Shown in pieces: positions 1 through 11,341 of a DNA stretch of 27,571 bases. Each line of letters begins with the position of its first letter. The stretch's first letter is position 1. Under the pieces are notes generated by a model. That model searched no databases. It worked only from the letters and a program-made list of their open reading frames with translations, and was not told the origin of the DNA. The stretch is from a virus. Lineage: Duplodnaviria; Heunggongvirae; Uroviricota; Caudoviricetes. The translations under genes were made by a program, and so were the position numbers. The DNA lies in the IMG/VR virus record IMGVR_UViG_2617271072_000003; one strand, 5' to 3'.

Positions 1-63
1 GCGCTGGAAGGTATGGCGAGAACACAGGTTATCTGGCTGAAAGAGGGGGTTATTAAGGCGTGA
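1..63 (+). CDS. 3' end of upstream nin-region gene (partial; product unknown)
   Basis: Frame is open from the window edge ([20 protein letters not shown]), stop TGA 61-63 overlaps the rusA GTG start (GTGA). Confidence 0.3.
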   Translation, partial: ALEGMARTQVIWLKEGVIKA

Positions 64-422
64 ATACCTACAGCATCACATTACCCTGGCCTCCGAGCAA
101 TAATCGCTATTACCGCCATAATCGCGGGCGCACGCACGTCAGCGCAGAGGGGCAGGCATACCGCGATAACGTCGCCCGAATCATTAAAAACGCAATGCTG
201 GATATCGGCCTGGCTATGCCTGTGAAAATCCGCATTGAGTGCCACATGCCGGATCGCCGTCGCCGTGACCTGGATAATCTGCAAAAAGCCGCTTTTGACG
301 CACTCACTAAAGCAGGTTTCTGGCTGGATGATGCTCAGGTCGTTGATTACCGCGTTGTGAAGATGCCGGTTGTCAAAGGTGGAAAGCTGGAACTGACCAT
401 CACTGAACTGGGAGATGAATGA
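60..422 (+). CDS. rusA: Holliday junction resolvase RusA (crossover junction endodeoxyribonuclease)
   Basis: 120-aa ORF, GTG start; translation [28 protein letters not shown]... recognised as RusA of lambdoid prophages (recollection). Confidence 0.93.
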   Translation: MNTYSITLPWPPSNNRYYRHNRGRTHVSAEGQAYRDNVARIIKNAMLDIGLAMPVKIRIECHMPDRRRRDLDNLQKAAFDALTKAGFWLDDAQVVDYRVVKMPVVKGGKLELTITELGDE

Positions 423-559
423 TGTTTGAGTTTTATATGGCAGAACTTCTTCGCCACCGCTGGATGCGCCTGCGCTTATATCGTTTCCCCAGTTCTGTTT
501 TGACCGATTACCGAATACTGAGGAATTACGCCAAAACCCTGACAGGAGCAGGAGTATGA
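419..559 (+). CDS. ylcG: small YlcG-like phage protein (46 aa)
   Basis: Hand-translated: ATG 419 overlaps the rusA stop (ATGA); [46 protein letters not shown]; sits between rusA and Q as in DLP12-type prophages. Below the ORF-track size cutoff. Confidence 0.55.
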   Translation: MMFEFYMAELLRHRWMRLRLYRFPSSVLTDYRILRNYAKTLTGAGV

Positions 560-644
560 AGTCAGAGATAACAATCAACTAATACTGTTTTATTGATTTT
601 TGCTTGTAATTGGCGTTCTGGTCTGATTTTTGTGGAGTAAGTTG

Positions 645-1010
645 ATGCGTGATATTCAGATGGTTCTTGAGCGTTGGGGTGCATGGGCGGCGAGTGACAG
701 TTCAGGAGTAGACTATTCGCCTATAGCTGCTGGGTTTAAGGGACTTCTTCCCTATACAAGCAAAACACGTCAGGCTTGTTCAGATAGTGATGCATTAATT
801 ATTGAAGGTTGTCTTGCTCGTCTAAAGCAAAAAAGGCCAGACGAACATTCGCTTCTTGTTGCCCATTACCTATACGGTATCTCTAAAAGAAAGCTCGCCA
901 AAGCTCGTAAAAAGGATGAGAAACTAATACGCATTGAGATACAGATGGCTGAGGGGTTTATTGAAGGCTGTCTCTCAATGCTTGATCTTTGTTTGGAAAT
1001 GGACCAATAG
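645..1010 (+). CDS. Q: late-gene antiterminator Q (phage 21/82 / DLP12 QuuD type)
   Basis: ORF track 630..1010 starts at TTG; ATG at 645 (MRDIQMVLERWGAWAA...) with GGAG about 9 nt upstream is the likelier start. Recognised as Q-family antiterminator, directly after rusA/ylcG. Confidence 0.85.
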   Translation: MRDIQMVLERWGAWAASDSSGVDYSPIAAGFKGLLPYTSKTRQACSDSDALIIEGCLARLKQKRPDEHSLLVAHYLYGISKRKLAKARKKDEKLIRIEIQMAEGFIEGCLSMLDLCLEMDQ

Positions 1011-1026
1011 ACTACCAGAATAGCAA

Positions 1027-1058
1027 CTGCCGCTCAGCTTTGCGGATCGGCAGTTTTT
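1027..1058 (+). terminator. hairpin plus T-run immediately downstream of Q (possible intrinsic terminator)
   Basis: ctgccg (1027-1032) pairs with cggcag (1048-1053) around a 15-nt loop, followed by TTTTT (1054-1058). Confidence 0.35.
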
Positions 1059-1456
1059 GATGGTGTAATGTTACGCGCAGATGTTTCAAGTATAGATTCC
1101 CTTCCGATTGATACCAAAATTTCGATTGTTCTTGCTTTAGCCTGCATCAATGTTGATTTTATTTCAGGACTTAAGTGGTCAGATCGTAACTGCTTCTCAA
1201 TCTCAGCCAAATCACGCTTGCATTTTGCTCTTTTGGCTGCGTCTTCTGGAGATTCGAAACCATGCCTCGAAATGAACCAATTCATGACGTAAGTTAAAGT
1301 TGCCGCAACACCCGGTACTAATGCGTAGGCTACAGTTCGCCACACGCTATTAGGGTCGGTTAAAATCGCGCTAACAAGAACACTTAAAATTGCTCCCCAA
1401 CCACCAGTTGAAAGGGTAGCTTTTCCTGTGCTTAGACCTTTAGTTTGAGAATTCAT
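1034..1456 (-). CDS. hypothetical protein, predicted membrane protein (cassette gene C)
   Basis: 140-aa ORF; two hydrophobic segments (GGWGAILSVLVSAILT, VAYALVPGVAATLTYVMNWFI) then a charged C-terminal half; start overlaps the upstream stop (ATGA); AT-rich by eye. Confidence 0.55.
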   Translation of the reverse strand: MNSQTKGLSTGKATLSTGGWGAILSVLVSAILTDPNSVWRTVAYALVPGVAATLTYVMNWFISRHGFESPEDAAKRAKCKRDLAEIEKQLRSDHLSPEIKSTLMQAKARTIEILVSIGRESILETSARNITPSKTADPQS

Positions 1457-1722
1457 TTTCGTTTTGAATTCTCCGCAATTGCCTCATCAATGAGGGTTGT
1501 TAGCATTTTTCCCTTTTTACTTGGAACTTTTATTACTAGCGTTTTGGTCACTCCGGAATCTTCATCGTGATATCGGAATTCGAAGACTTTTGTAGGGAAT
1601 AGTCGACGCCAAAGCAAGGCTGACGCTGAATAGCAAAAACGACTAAAGGCAGGGATGATCATTATCACCCCTATCCAGAAGATCAGTTGTGCTATCTGCA
1701 TGTTTAGTGTCACTTTTGTCAA
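1453..1722 (-). CDS. hypothetical small membrane protein (cassette gene B)
   Basis: 89-aa ORF from TTG at 1722 (alternative ATG at 1701, MQIAQLIFWIGVIMIIPAF...); N-terminal hydrophobic helix; same frame as the upstream ORF, separated only by TGA plus one codon. Confidence 0.45.
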   Translation of the reverse strand: MTKVTLNMQIAQLIFWIGVIMIIPAFSRFCYSASALLWRRLFPTKVFEFRYHDEDSGVTKTLVIKVPSKKGKMLTTLIDEAIAENSKRK

Positions 1723-1725
1723 GCC

Positions 1726-2664
1726 TCAGCAGGGCGTTTTTCGTTTTACTTTGGTTATAGCATACTTGGTTGTGGCATTTCGCGCAGTGAAAGTTTTTAT
1801 AGTTTTTAGCTCAACAACAAACAAATCTTCTTTTGTAAAACTGATGATTCCGTTTTGAACTTGGTGTATAAACAACTGATCTTCAAAGGTAACAGCATGC
1901 TCTTCGCCTAAATAATCGATTCTCCAACCCTTTGTACCCTCGAAGTTGATCTGTACGAATCTAACATTGACTTCTTCTACAGACTCTTCTTTTTCAAGTA
2001 GTGTGCCTCTAGGCAGCGGTTTGATCTCTTCGGTTTCACTTCCTTCAAGACGAACGACTTCTTCGCCTTCATCATTCAGCACCTTAAATACTGCTCCTTG
2101 TTTGCCGTCTAATGGTGCACGAACTACATTCACAAGGGCATCACGGACTTCTGGATCTGTTACTAACTTAGCCACTGAGTCATGGCAAACAATTTCTTCC
2201 CCTTCAAGCTCAAGAACAGATTCTTCTGTTCCTGCCCGTTTTGTTACCGAAATTACTTTCTTGCTGCCCAGTTGGCGGATTAGTGATAATGCTGGAGCTC
2301 CAATAGTAGCCCCGGCTATCCCTGTTAGGCCAATCACTTTTGCTACGTCGACGGCATGAGGAACAAGCTCCATCATCGTATAGGATACGCCGAGTGATCC
2401 CGCTTCAGCTGGATTAGTAACCATTAACTTAACGGTTTGTTGGCCGTCATTAAGTCTTTTATCAGCTGCTGATATTAAATCTGCCATCGAACCTATGGAA
2501 ATGCTTAATGTTTTGGCATCAATTTTATGCTGTGCTAATTCATTATCCTCTGCATCGTAGAAGATCTGAAAAGAAGTTGTTTTAGTCACTCTTTGCTCGC
2601 TATGTCTTGATTTTTTTCCATAAAATACCTTTTTTGGTGTAAAAAACATTATCGCGGTCCGCAA
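1726..2664 (-). CDS. hypothetical protein (cassette gene A), no family recognised
   Basis: 312-aa ORF from TTG 2664 (ATG at 2649 gives 307 aa); acidic Glu-rich central linker, Gly/Ala-rich segment GLTGIAGATIGAPALSLIRQLG; AT-rich relative to flanking phage genes. Confidence 0.6.
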   Translation of the reverse strand: MRTAIMFFTPKKVFYGKKSRHSEQRVTKTTSFQIFYDAEDNELAQHKIDAKTLSISIGSMADLISAADKRLNDGQQTVKLMVTNPAEAGSLGVSYTMMELVPHAVDVAKVIGLTGIAGATIGAPALSLIRQLGSKKVISVTKRAGTEESVLELEGEEIVCHDSVAKLVTDPEVRDALVNVVRAPLDGKQGAVFKVLNDEGEEVVRLEGSETEEIKPLPRGTLLEKEESVEEVNVRFVQINFEGTKGWRIDYLGEEHAVTFEDQLFIHQVQNGIISFTKEDLFVVELKTIKTFTARNATTKYAITKVKRKTPC

Positions 2665-2713
2665 AAAAATTGCGTTACTGTGTTAAGAGTGATTACTTCG
2701 TCACACAGCTTAA

Positions 2714-2737
2714 ACCCGCCGTCGAGCGGGTTTTTTT
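2714..2737 (+). terminator. intrinsic terminator (+ orientation), candidate tR'-like element
   Basis: acccgc (2714-2719) / loop cgtcga / gcgggt (2726-2731) followed by T7 (2731-2737). Confidence 0.5.
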
Positions 2738-2861
2738 ATACCTGTAAACCTGGTGCAGTACGGTAAACACGCTGGTGGTCGTGAATACTGACTTTTTTAT
2801 CTTGCTGGCTTTTTAGACAAGAGTTATTGGTATGTCATGTTAACCATGAAGGTAAAAAGAC

Positions 2862-3056
2862 ATGCTAAAACAGCAAGATATGACAGAAACGGCGAAAGTT
2901 GTTTTTAATGAATTAAACGGCAAACCGGCAACAGTCGGGGAGATAGCACAAAACACATACCTTTCACGCGAACGCTGTCAGTTAATACTGACCCAGCTGG
3001 TTATGGCGGGGCTGGCAGATTACCAGTTCGGCTGTTACAGACGCCTTCAGCAATGA
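2862..3056 (+). CDS. hypothetical small protein, possible helix-turn-helix
   Basis: 64-aa ORF with ATG and GAAGG about 8 nt upstream; segment ATVGEIAQNTYLSRERCQLILTQLVMAGLAD looks HTH-like; directly upstream of the methyltransferase. Confidence 0.45.
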   Translation: MLKQQDMTETAKVVFNELNGKPATVGEIAQNTYLSRERCQLILTQLVMAGLADYQFGCYRRLQQ

Positions 3057-3205
3057 AGGGCTTTTAATTTGTGAAAATGGGCGGCTGGTGGGTGTTGGTA
3101 GCACCTGCCAGCCATTCGCTCATGCTTACTGGTCACAAGCGAACCATGGCCCACTGCTTTAGCGCAAAAGCAGAGTGAGCCTACCAGAGTTACGCTTACT
3201 GATCC

Positions 3206-4258
3206 ATGAAGAATACTGTAAAAATAAACAGTGTTGATTTAATCAACGCTGATTGCCTGCATTTTATTCAGTCCCTGCCTGATGACTCCATTGATCTGAT
3301 TGTTACCGATCCGCCGTACTTCAAAGTGAAGCCCAACGGCTGGGACAATCAGTGGAAAGGGGACGAAGATTACCTGAAGTGGCTGGACCACTGTCTGGCC
3401 CAGTTCTGGCGGGTACTGAAACCAGCCGGAAGCCTTTACCTGTTCTGTGGACATCGCCTGGCATCTGATATCGAGATCATGATGCGTGAACGTTTCAACG
3501 TTCTTAACCATATCATCTGGGCGAAGCCGTCCGGACGATGGAACGGGTGTAATAAAGAAAGCCTGCGGGCATATTTCCCCGCTACAGAGCGCGTTCTGTT
3601 TGCTGAACATTACCAGGGGCCATATCGCGGCAAAAGTGACGATTATGCGGCAAAAGAAAGGGAACTCAAACAGCACATAATGGCACCGCTGATTTCGTAT
3701 TTCAGGGATGCTCGTGCCGAACTGGGTATAACGGCAAAACAGATTGCCGAAGCCACTGGTAAGAAAAATATGGTTTCCCACTGGTTTGGTGCCAGTCAGT
3801 GGCAGTTGCCGAATGAGGCTGACTACCGGAAGTTGCAGGCACTGTTTTCCCGTATAGCGGCAGAGAAATTTCAGGAACAACAACTGGAACAACCACACCA
3901 CCAGCTGGTGGCATCTTATGATTCACTGAATCGCAAATATTCTGAATTGCTGGATGAGTTTAAAACTCTCCGGCGCTATTTCTCCGTATCAGTTTCCGTG
4001 CCTTATACCGACGTCTGGACGCATAAACCCGTTCAGTTCTACCCGGGTAAACATCCGTGTGAGAAGCCTGCGGATATGCTCCGGCAAATAATCAGTGCCA
4101 GTAGTCGACAAGGCGATCTGGTTGCTGATTTCTTTATGGGATCCGGTTCCACAATAAAAGCAGCAATGGCGCTGGGGCGTCGGGCCTTAGGTGTTGAGCT
4201 TGAGTCAGAGCGGTTTAACCAGACAGTGAAAGAGATAAACGAGCTGGTGGGGAAATAA
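3206..4258 (+). CDS. DNA N6-adenine methyltransferase (beta-class, orphan)
   Basis: 350-aa ORF; catalytic DPPY motif near the N-terminus (IVTDPPYF) and AdoMet-binding FxGxG near the C-terminus (DFFMGSGST); no adjacent restriction endonuclease ORF. Confidence 0.85.
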
Positions 4259-4264
4259 TCTGGT

Positions 4265-4286
4265 GGCCACGTCAGGTGGCCTTTTT
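4265..4286 (+). terminator. intrinsic terminator downstream of the methyltransferase
   Basis: ggccac (4265-4270) / loop gtcag / gtggcc (4276-4281) then TTTTT (4282-4286). Confidence 0.5.
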
Positions 4287-4325
4287 ATTTCCATTACACA
4301 GCACCCGCATCTGCGAGGTGGGGTT

Positions 4326-4541
4326 ATGAAATCCATGGATAAGTTAACAACGGGTGTCGCCTATGGCACCTCAGCAGGTAGTGCCGGGTACTGGTTTTTA
4401 CAGTTGCTCGATAAAGTCACGCCCTCACAGTGGGCGGCAATAGGTGTGCTGGGTAGTCTGGTATTTGGCCTGCTGACGTACCTGACAAACCTTTATTTCA
4501 AGATTAAAGAAGATAAGCGCAAGGCTGCGAGAGGTGAATAA
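4326..4541 (+). CDS. S: class II holin / pinholin (phage 21 S21-like), dual-start motif
   Basis: 71 aa from ATG 4326 within ORF 4263..4541; [26 protein letters not shown]... resembles S21 (recollection); Met1-Lys-Ser-Met4 dual start; GAGGTG upstream. Confidence 0.85.
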
Positions 4542-5038
4542 TGCCTCCATCATTACGAAAAGCAGTTGCTGCTGCTATTGGTGGCGGAGCAATTGCTATA
4601 GCATCAGTGTTAATCACTGGCCCAAGTGGTGACGATGGCCTGGAAGGTGTCAGCTACATACCATACAAAGATATCGTTGGCGTATGGACTGTATGTCACG
4701 GACACACCGGAAAAGACATCATGCTCGGTAAAACGTATACCGAAGCAGAATGCAAAGCCCTCCTGAATAAAGACCTTGCCACGGTTGCCAGACAAATTAA
4801 CCCGTACATCAAAGTCGATATACCGGAAACAACGCGCGGCGCTCTTTACTCGTTCGTCTACAACGTGGGTGCTGGCAATTTCAGAACATCGACGCTTCTT
4901 CGCAAAATAAACCAGGGCGATATCAAAGGCGCATGTGACCAGCTACGTCGCTGGATATACGCTGGCGGTAAGCAATGGAAAGGCCTGATGACTCGTCGTG
5001 AGATTGAGCGTGAAGTCTGTTTGTGGGGGCAACAATGA
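4541..5038 (+). CDS. R: SAR endolysin (T4-lysozyme-like muramidase, R21-like)
   Basis: 165-aa ORF overlapping the holin stop (TAATG); N-terminal Gly/Ala-rich weakly hydrophobic SAR segment [18 protein letters not shown], then lysozyme-like domain. Confidence 0.88.
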   Translation: MPPSLRKAVAAAIGGGAIAIASVLITGPSGDDGLEGVSYIPYKDIVGVWTVCHGHTGKDIMLGKTYTEAECKALLNKDLATVARQINPYIKVDIPETTRGALYSFVYNVGAGNFRTSTLLRKINQGDIKGACDQLRRWIYAGGKQWKGLMTRREIEREVCLWGQQ

Positions 5039-5502
5039 GCAGAGTAACCGCGATTATCTCCGCTCTGGTTATCTGCATCATCGTCTGCCTGTCGTGGGCG
5101 GTCAATCATTACCGTGATAACGCCATCGCCTACAAAGAACAGCGAGATAAAAAAGTCAGTGAGCTGAAGCAGGCGACCGCCACCATTACTGACATGCAGC
5201 AACGCCAGCGTGCTGCTGATGTACTCGATGCTAAATACACGAAGGAGTTGGCTAATGCGAAAGCTGAAAATGATGCTCTTCGGCGCAAGCTTGATAATGG
5301 TGGTCGGGTGCTCGTCAAAGGAAAATGCTCTGTGCCATCCGCAGCCGAAACTTCCAGCGCCTCCGGCATGGGCAATGATGCCACCGTCGAACTCTCTCCA
5401 GTTGCTGGACGAAACGTTCTCGGTATCCGGGACGGAATCATCAGAGACCAGACAGCACTGAGAACGCTTCAGGAATATATCAGGACGCAATGCCTTCGAT
5501 GA
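5035..5502 (+). CDS. Rz: i-spanin Rz
   Basis: ATG 5035 overlaps the R stop (ATGA); N-terminal TM segment [20 protein letters not shown] followed by a coiled-coil-like periplasmic region. Confidence 0.8.
   Translation: MSRVTAIISALVICIIVCLSWAVNHYRDNAIAYKEQRDKKVSELKQATATITDMQQRQRAADVLDAKYTKELANAKAENDALRRKLDNGGRVLVKGKCSVPSAAETSSASGMGNDATVELSPVAGRNVLGIRDGIIRDQTALRTLQEYIRTQCLR
5255..5461 (+). CDS. Rz1: o-spanin Rz1 (lipoprotein embedded in Rz, +1 frame)
   Basis: ATG 5255 with AAGGAG 8 nt upstream; lipobox LIMVVGC; proline-rich mature part; entirely inside Rz. Confidence 0.72.
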   Translation: MRKLKMMLFGASLIMVVGCSSKENALCHPQPKLPAPPAWAMMPPSNSLQLLDETFSVSGTESSETRQH

Positions 5503-5642
5503 TAGCGATAATTTTACTCATCATCCTTCACATTTGGCTCTGTAGACAGGGTGGTGATCACTTCTGGAGTGAATCCAGATTAAACATCTCATTGCTGATG
5601 CTTGAAGTTGAGCATCTGGCGCGCGGTAAGGGGCTGCGTTGA
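5499..5642 (+). CDS. possible small hydrophobic peptide (47 aa), translationally coupled to Rz
   Basis: Hand-translated: ATG 5499 overlaps the Rz stop (ATGA); [47 protein letters not shown]. Below ORF-track cutoff. Confidence 0.25.
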   Translation: MIAIILLIILHIWLCRQGGDHFWSESRLNISLLMLEVEHLARGKGLR

Positions 5643-5993
5643 GATAAGAGCCAGTCATTACAAATACCAGGATTTAGCCTCGTATTCGCGGGGCTTTTTA
5701 TTGCCATTACAAAAGCCACTCCCTACAGAGTGGCTTTGATAATGGCTTATACCCTACACGGGATAACTTAACTGATATCCCTTTTAAAGGATAAAGGTAT
5801 TCAAGCCTGACACATCATGCGCTGTATCGTCGCCGTATTCCCGTATTAACAGAGACCGTAGCCCGACGGGGAACTCCTTCTGCGCGAGTGTGCGGGAATA
5901 ATCAAAAACGATGCACACCGGGGTTACCGGGTACACATATTTCATCATGCCAGCGAGTCCGGTTCTGGCACGGAAGAAACCGGACGTTATGAT

Positions 5994-6420
5994 TTAGTGC
6001 GGAAATATTTGTGTAGTGTTCTGAATGTTCTCAGTAAAGAGTAATGAATTATCAAAGGTATAGTAATACCTTTTGTTTTCGTGGATATTTGTAATCCATC
6101 TGAAAACCCCTGCTGTAGCAAGATTTTTCCTGTATTCGTAAAATGATAACTCTCCTGATTTGAATCCTTTTAAGGTGGCTTCTATAAGGCATTTATTTTT
6201 TGAAAATCTTACATTTACAACCTTACCCTGTCCTTTTATTAAAACCGTATTATCGTTTTCAAGAACAAGATGAATATTCTCTGTAGCTAAATAGTAAATG
6301 TAATGTGAGACATTGTGACGTTTTTAGTTCAGAATAAAACCAGTGATAGTTTAAATTATTTCGCACTTTATCGAATATTTGTTTAAAAATGGCAACCTGA
6401 GCCATTGTAGTACCTTCCAT
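5994..6420 (-). pseudogene. AT-rich frameshifted ORF remnant, product unknown
   Basis: Hand-translated minus strand: ATG at 6420 opens a 53-codon frame to a stop at 6259-6261; an adjacent frame is open for 109 codons from 6323 to a stop at 5994-5996 with no ATG. The two frames overlap, consistent with one ~140-codon gene broken by a frameshift. Confidence 0.3.
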
Positions 6421-6461
6421 GTGATATGAGGGGCGTAGTCTGCACGATTATCTAAATTGCT

Positions 6462-6695
6462 TCAATCTGGTCTGATCTGTTTTCTGAGCAATTCAGTAAT
6501 GTCACTCTTTTCTTTGTTTGCTTCAGGAGAAACTCTTTTTTCTGAGCACAGTCTCCGGCGGCAGGCTTCAATGACCCAGGCTGAGAAATTCCCGGACCCT
6601 TTTTGATCAAGAGCGATGTTAATTTGTTCAATCATTTGGTTAGGAAAGCGGATGTTGCGGGTTGTTGTTCTGCGGGTTCTGTTCTTCGTTGACAT
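6462..6695 (-). CDS. small ribbon-helix-helix-like DNA-binding protein (possibly YlcI/DUF3950-like)
   Basis: 77-aa ORF; basic N-terminus then NIRFPNQMIEQINIALDQKGSGNFSAWVIEA, resembling an RHH fold; family assignment is recollection only. Confidence 0.45.
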   Translation of the reverse strand: MSTKNRTRRTTTRNIRFPNQMIEQINIALDQKGSGNFSAWVIEACRRRLCSEKRVSPEANKEKSDITELLRKQIRPD

Positions 6696-6894
6696 GAGGT
6701 TGTCCCGTATTCAGTGTCGCTGATTTGTATTGTCTGAAGTTGTTTTTACGTTAAGTTGATGCAGATCAATTAATACGATATCTGCGTCATAATTGATTAT
6801 TTGACGTGGTTTGATTGCGTAGATGCACGTTGTGACATGTAGATGATAATTATTATCATTTTGCGGGTCCTTTCCGGCGATCCGACAGGTTACG

Positions 6895-6906
6895 GGGCGG
6901 CGACCT
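6895..6906. other. cos: cos site: cosN 12-nt cohesive end GGGCGGCGACCT (cosQ upstream, cosB downstream, roughly 6790-7080)
   Basis: Exact lambda cohesive-end sequence at 6895-6906, preceded by ...CCGACAGGTTACG and followed by CGCGGGTTTTCGCTATTTATGAAAA..., immediately upstream of Nu1. Confidence 0.88.
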
Positions 6907-7083
6907 CGCGGGTTTTCGCTATTTATGAAAAATTTCCGGTTTAAGGCGTTTCCGTTCTTCTTCGTCATAACTTAATGTTTTTATTTAAAATACCCTCTGA
7001 AAAGAAAGGAAACGACAGGTGCTGAAAGCGAGCTTTTTGGCCTCTGTCGTTTCCTTTCTCTGTTTTTGTCCGTGGAATGAACA

Positions 7084-7604
7084 ATGGAAGTCAACAAAAA
7101 GCAGCTGGCTGACATTTTCGGTGCGAGTATCCGTACCATTCAGAACTGGCAGGAACAGGGAATGCCCGTTCTGCGAGGCGGTGGCAAGGGTAATGAGGTG
7201 CTTTATGACTCTGCCGCCGTCATAAAATGGTATGCCAAAAGGGATGCTGAAATTGAGAACGAAAAGCTGCGCCGGGAGGTTGAAGAACTGCGGCAGGCCA
7301 GCGAGGCAGATCTCCAGCCAGGGACTATTGAGTACGAACGCCATCGACTTACGCGTGCGCAGGCCGACGCACAGGAACTGAAGAATGCCAGAGACTCCGC
7401 TGAAGTGGTGGAAACCGCATTCTGTACTTTCGTGCTGTCGCGGATCGCAGGTGAAATTGCCAGTATTCTCGACGGGATCCCCCTGTCGGTGCAGCGGCGT
7501 TTTTCCGGAACTGGAAAACCGACATGTTGATTTCCTGAAACGGGATATCATCAAAGCCATGAACAAAGCAGCCGCGCTGGATGAACTGATACCGGGGTTG
7601 CTGA

Positions 7605-7630
<26 letters not shown>
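7084..7630 (+). pseudogene. nu1: terminase small subunit Nu1, reading frame interrupted by a +1 indel
   Basis: ORF 7084..7530 matches Nu1 to ...SVQRRF, then shifts at a T5 run (7500-7504) and stops; the Nu1 C-terminus ...PELENRHVDFLKRD...SEYIEQSG continues in ORF 7385..7630. Confidence 0.85.

Positions 7631-11321
<3,691 letters not shown>

Positions 11322-11341
<20 letters not shown>

Noticed and set aside
81-578. 165-aa and 65-aa minus-strand ORFs overlapping rusA and ylcG
   Set aside because: Antisense to a confidently recognised gene; no independent support.
950-1010. Candidate pR' -35/-10 hexamers at the 3' end of Q
   Set aside because: Several weak TTGA/TA-rich matches but none with convincing spacing; not reported as a feature.
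3239-3926. Minus-strand ORFs (220 aa, 74 aa) and a + 64-aa ORF inside the methyltransferase gene
   Set aside because: Fully embedded in or antisense to the methyltransferase CDS, which carries recognisable catalytic motifs.
5959-5987. Inverted repeat gtccggtt...aaccggac
   Set aside because: No flanking T-run or A-run in either orientation, so not a convincing intrinsic terminator.
6711-6968. 85-aa minus-strand ORF from the six-frame track
   Set aside because: It spans cosN and the cosQ/cosB sequences, which match the lambda cos region; it is AT-rich with no RBS context. Judged a chance ORF over a non-coding packaging site.
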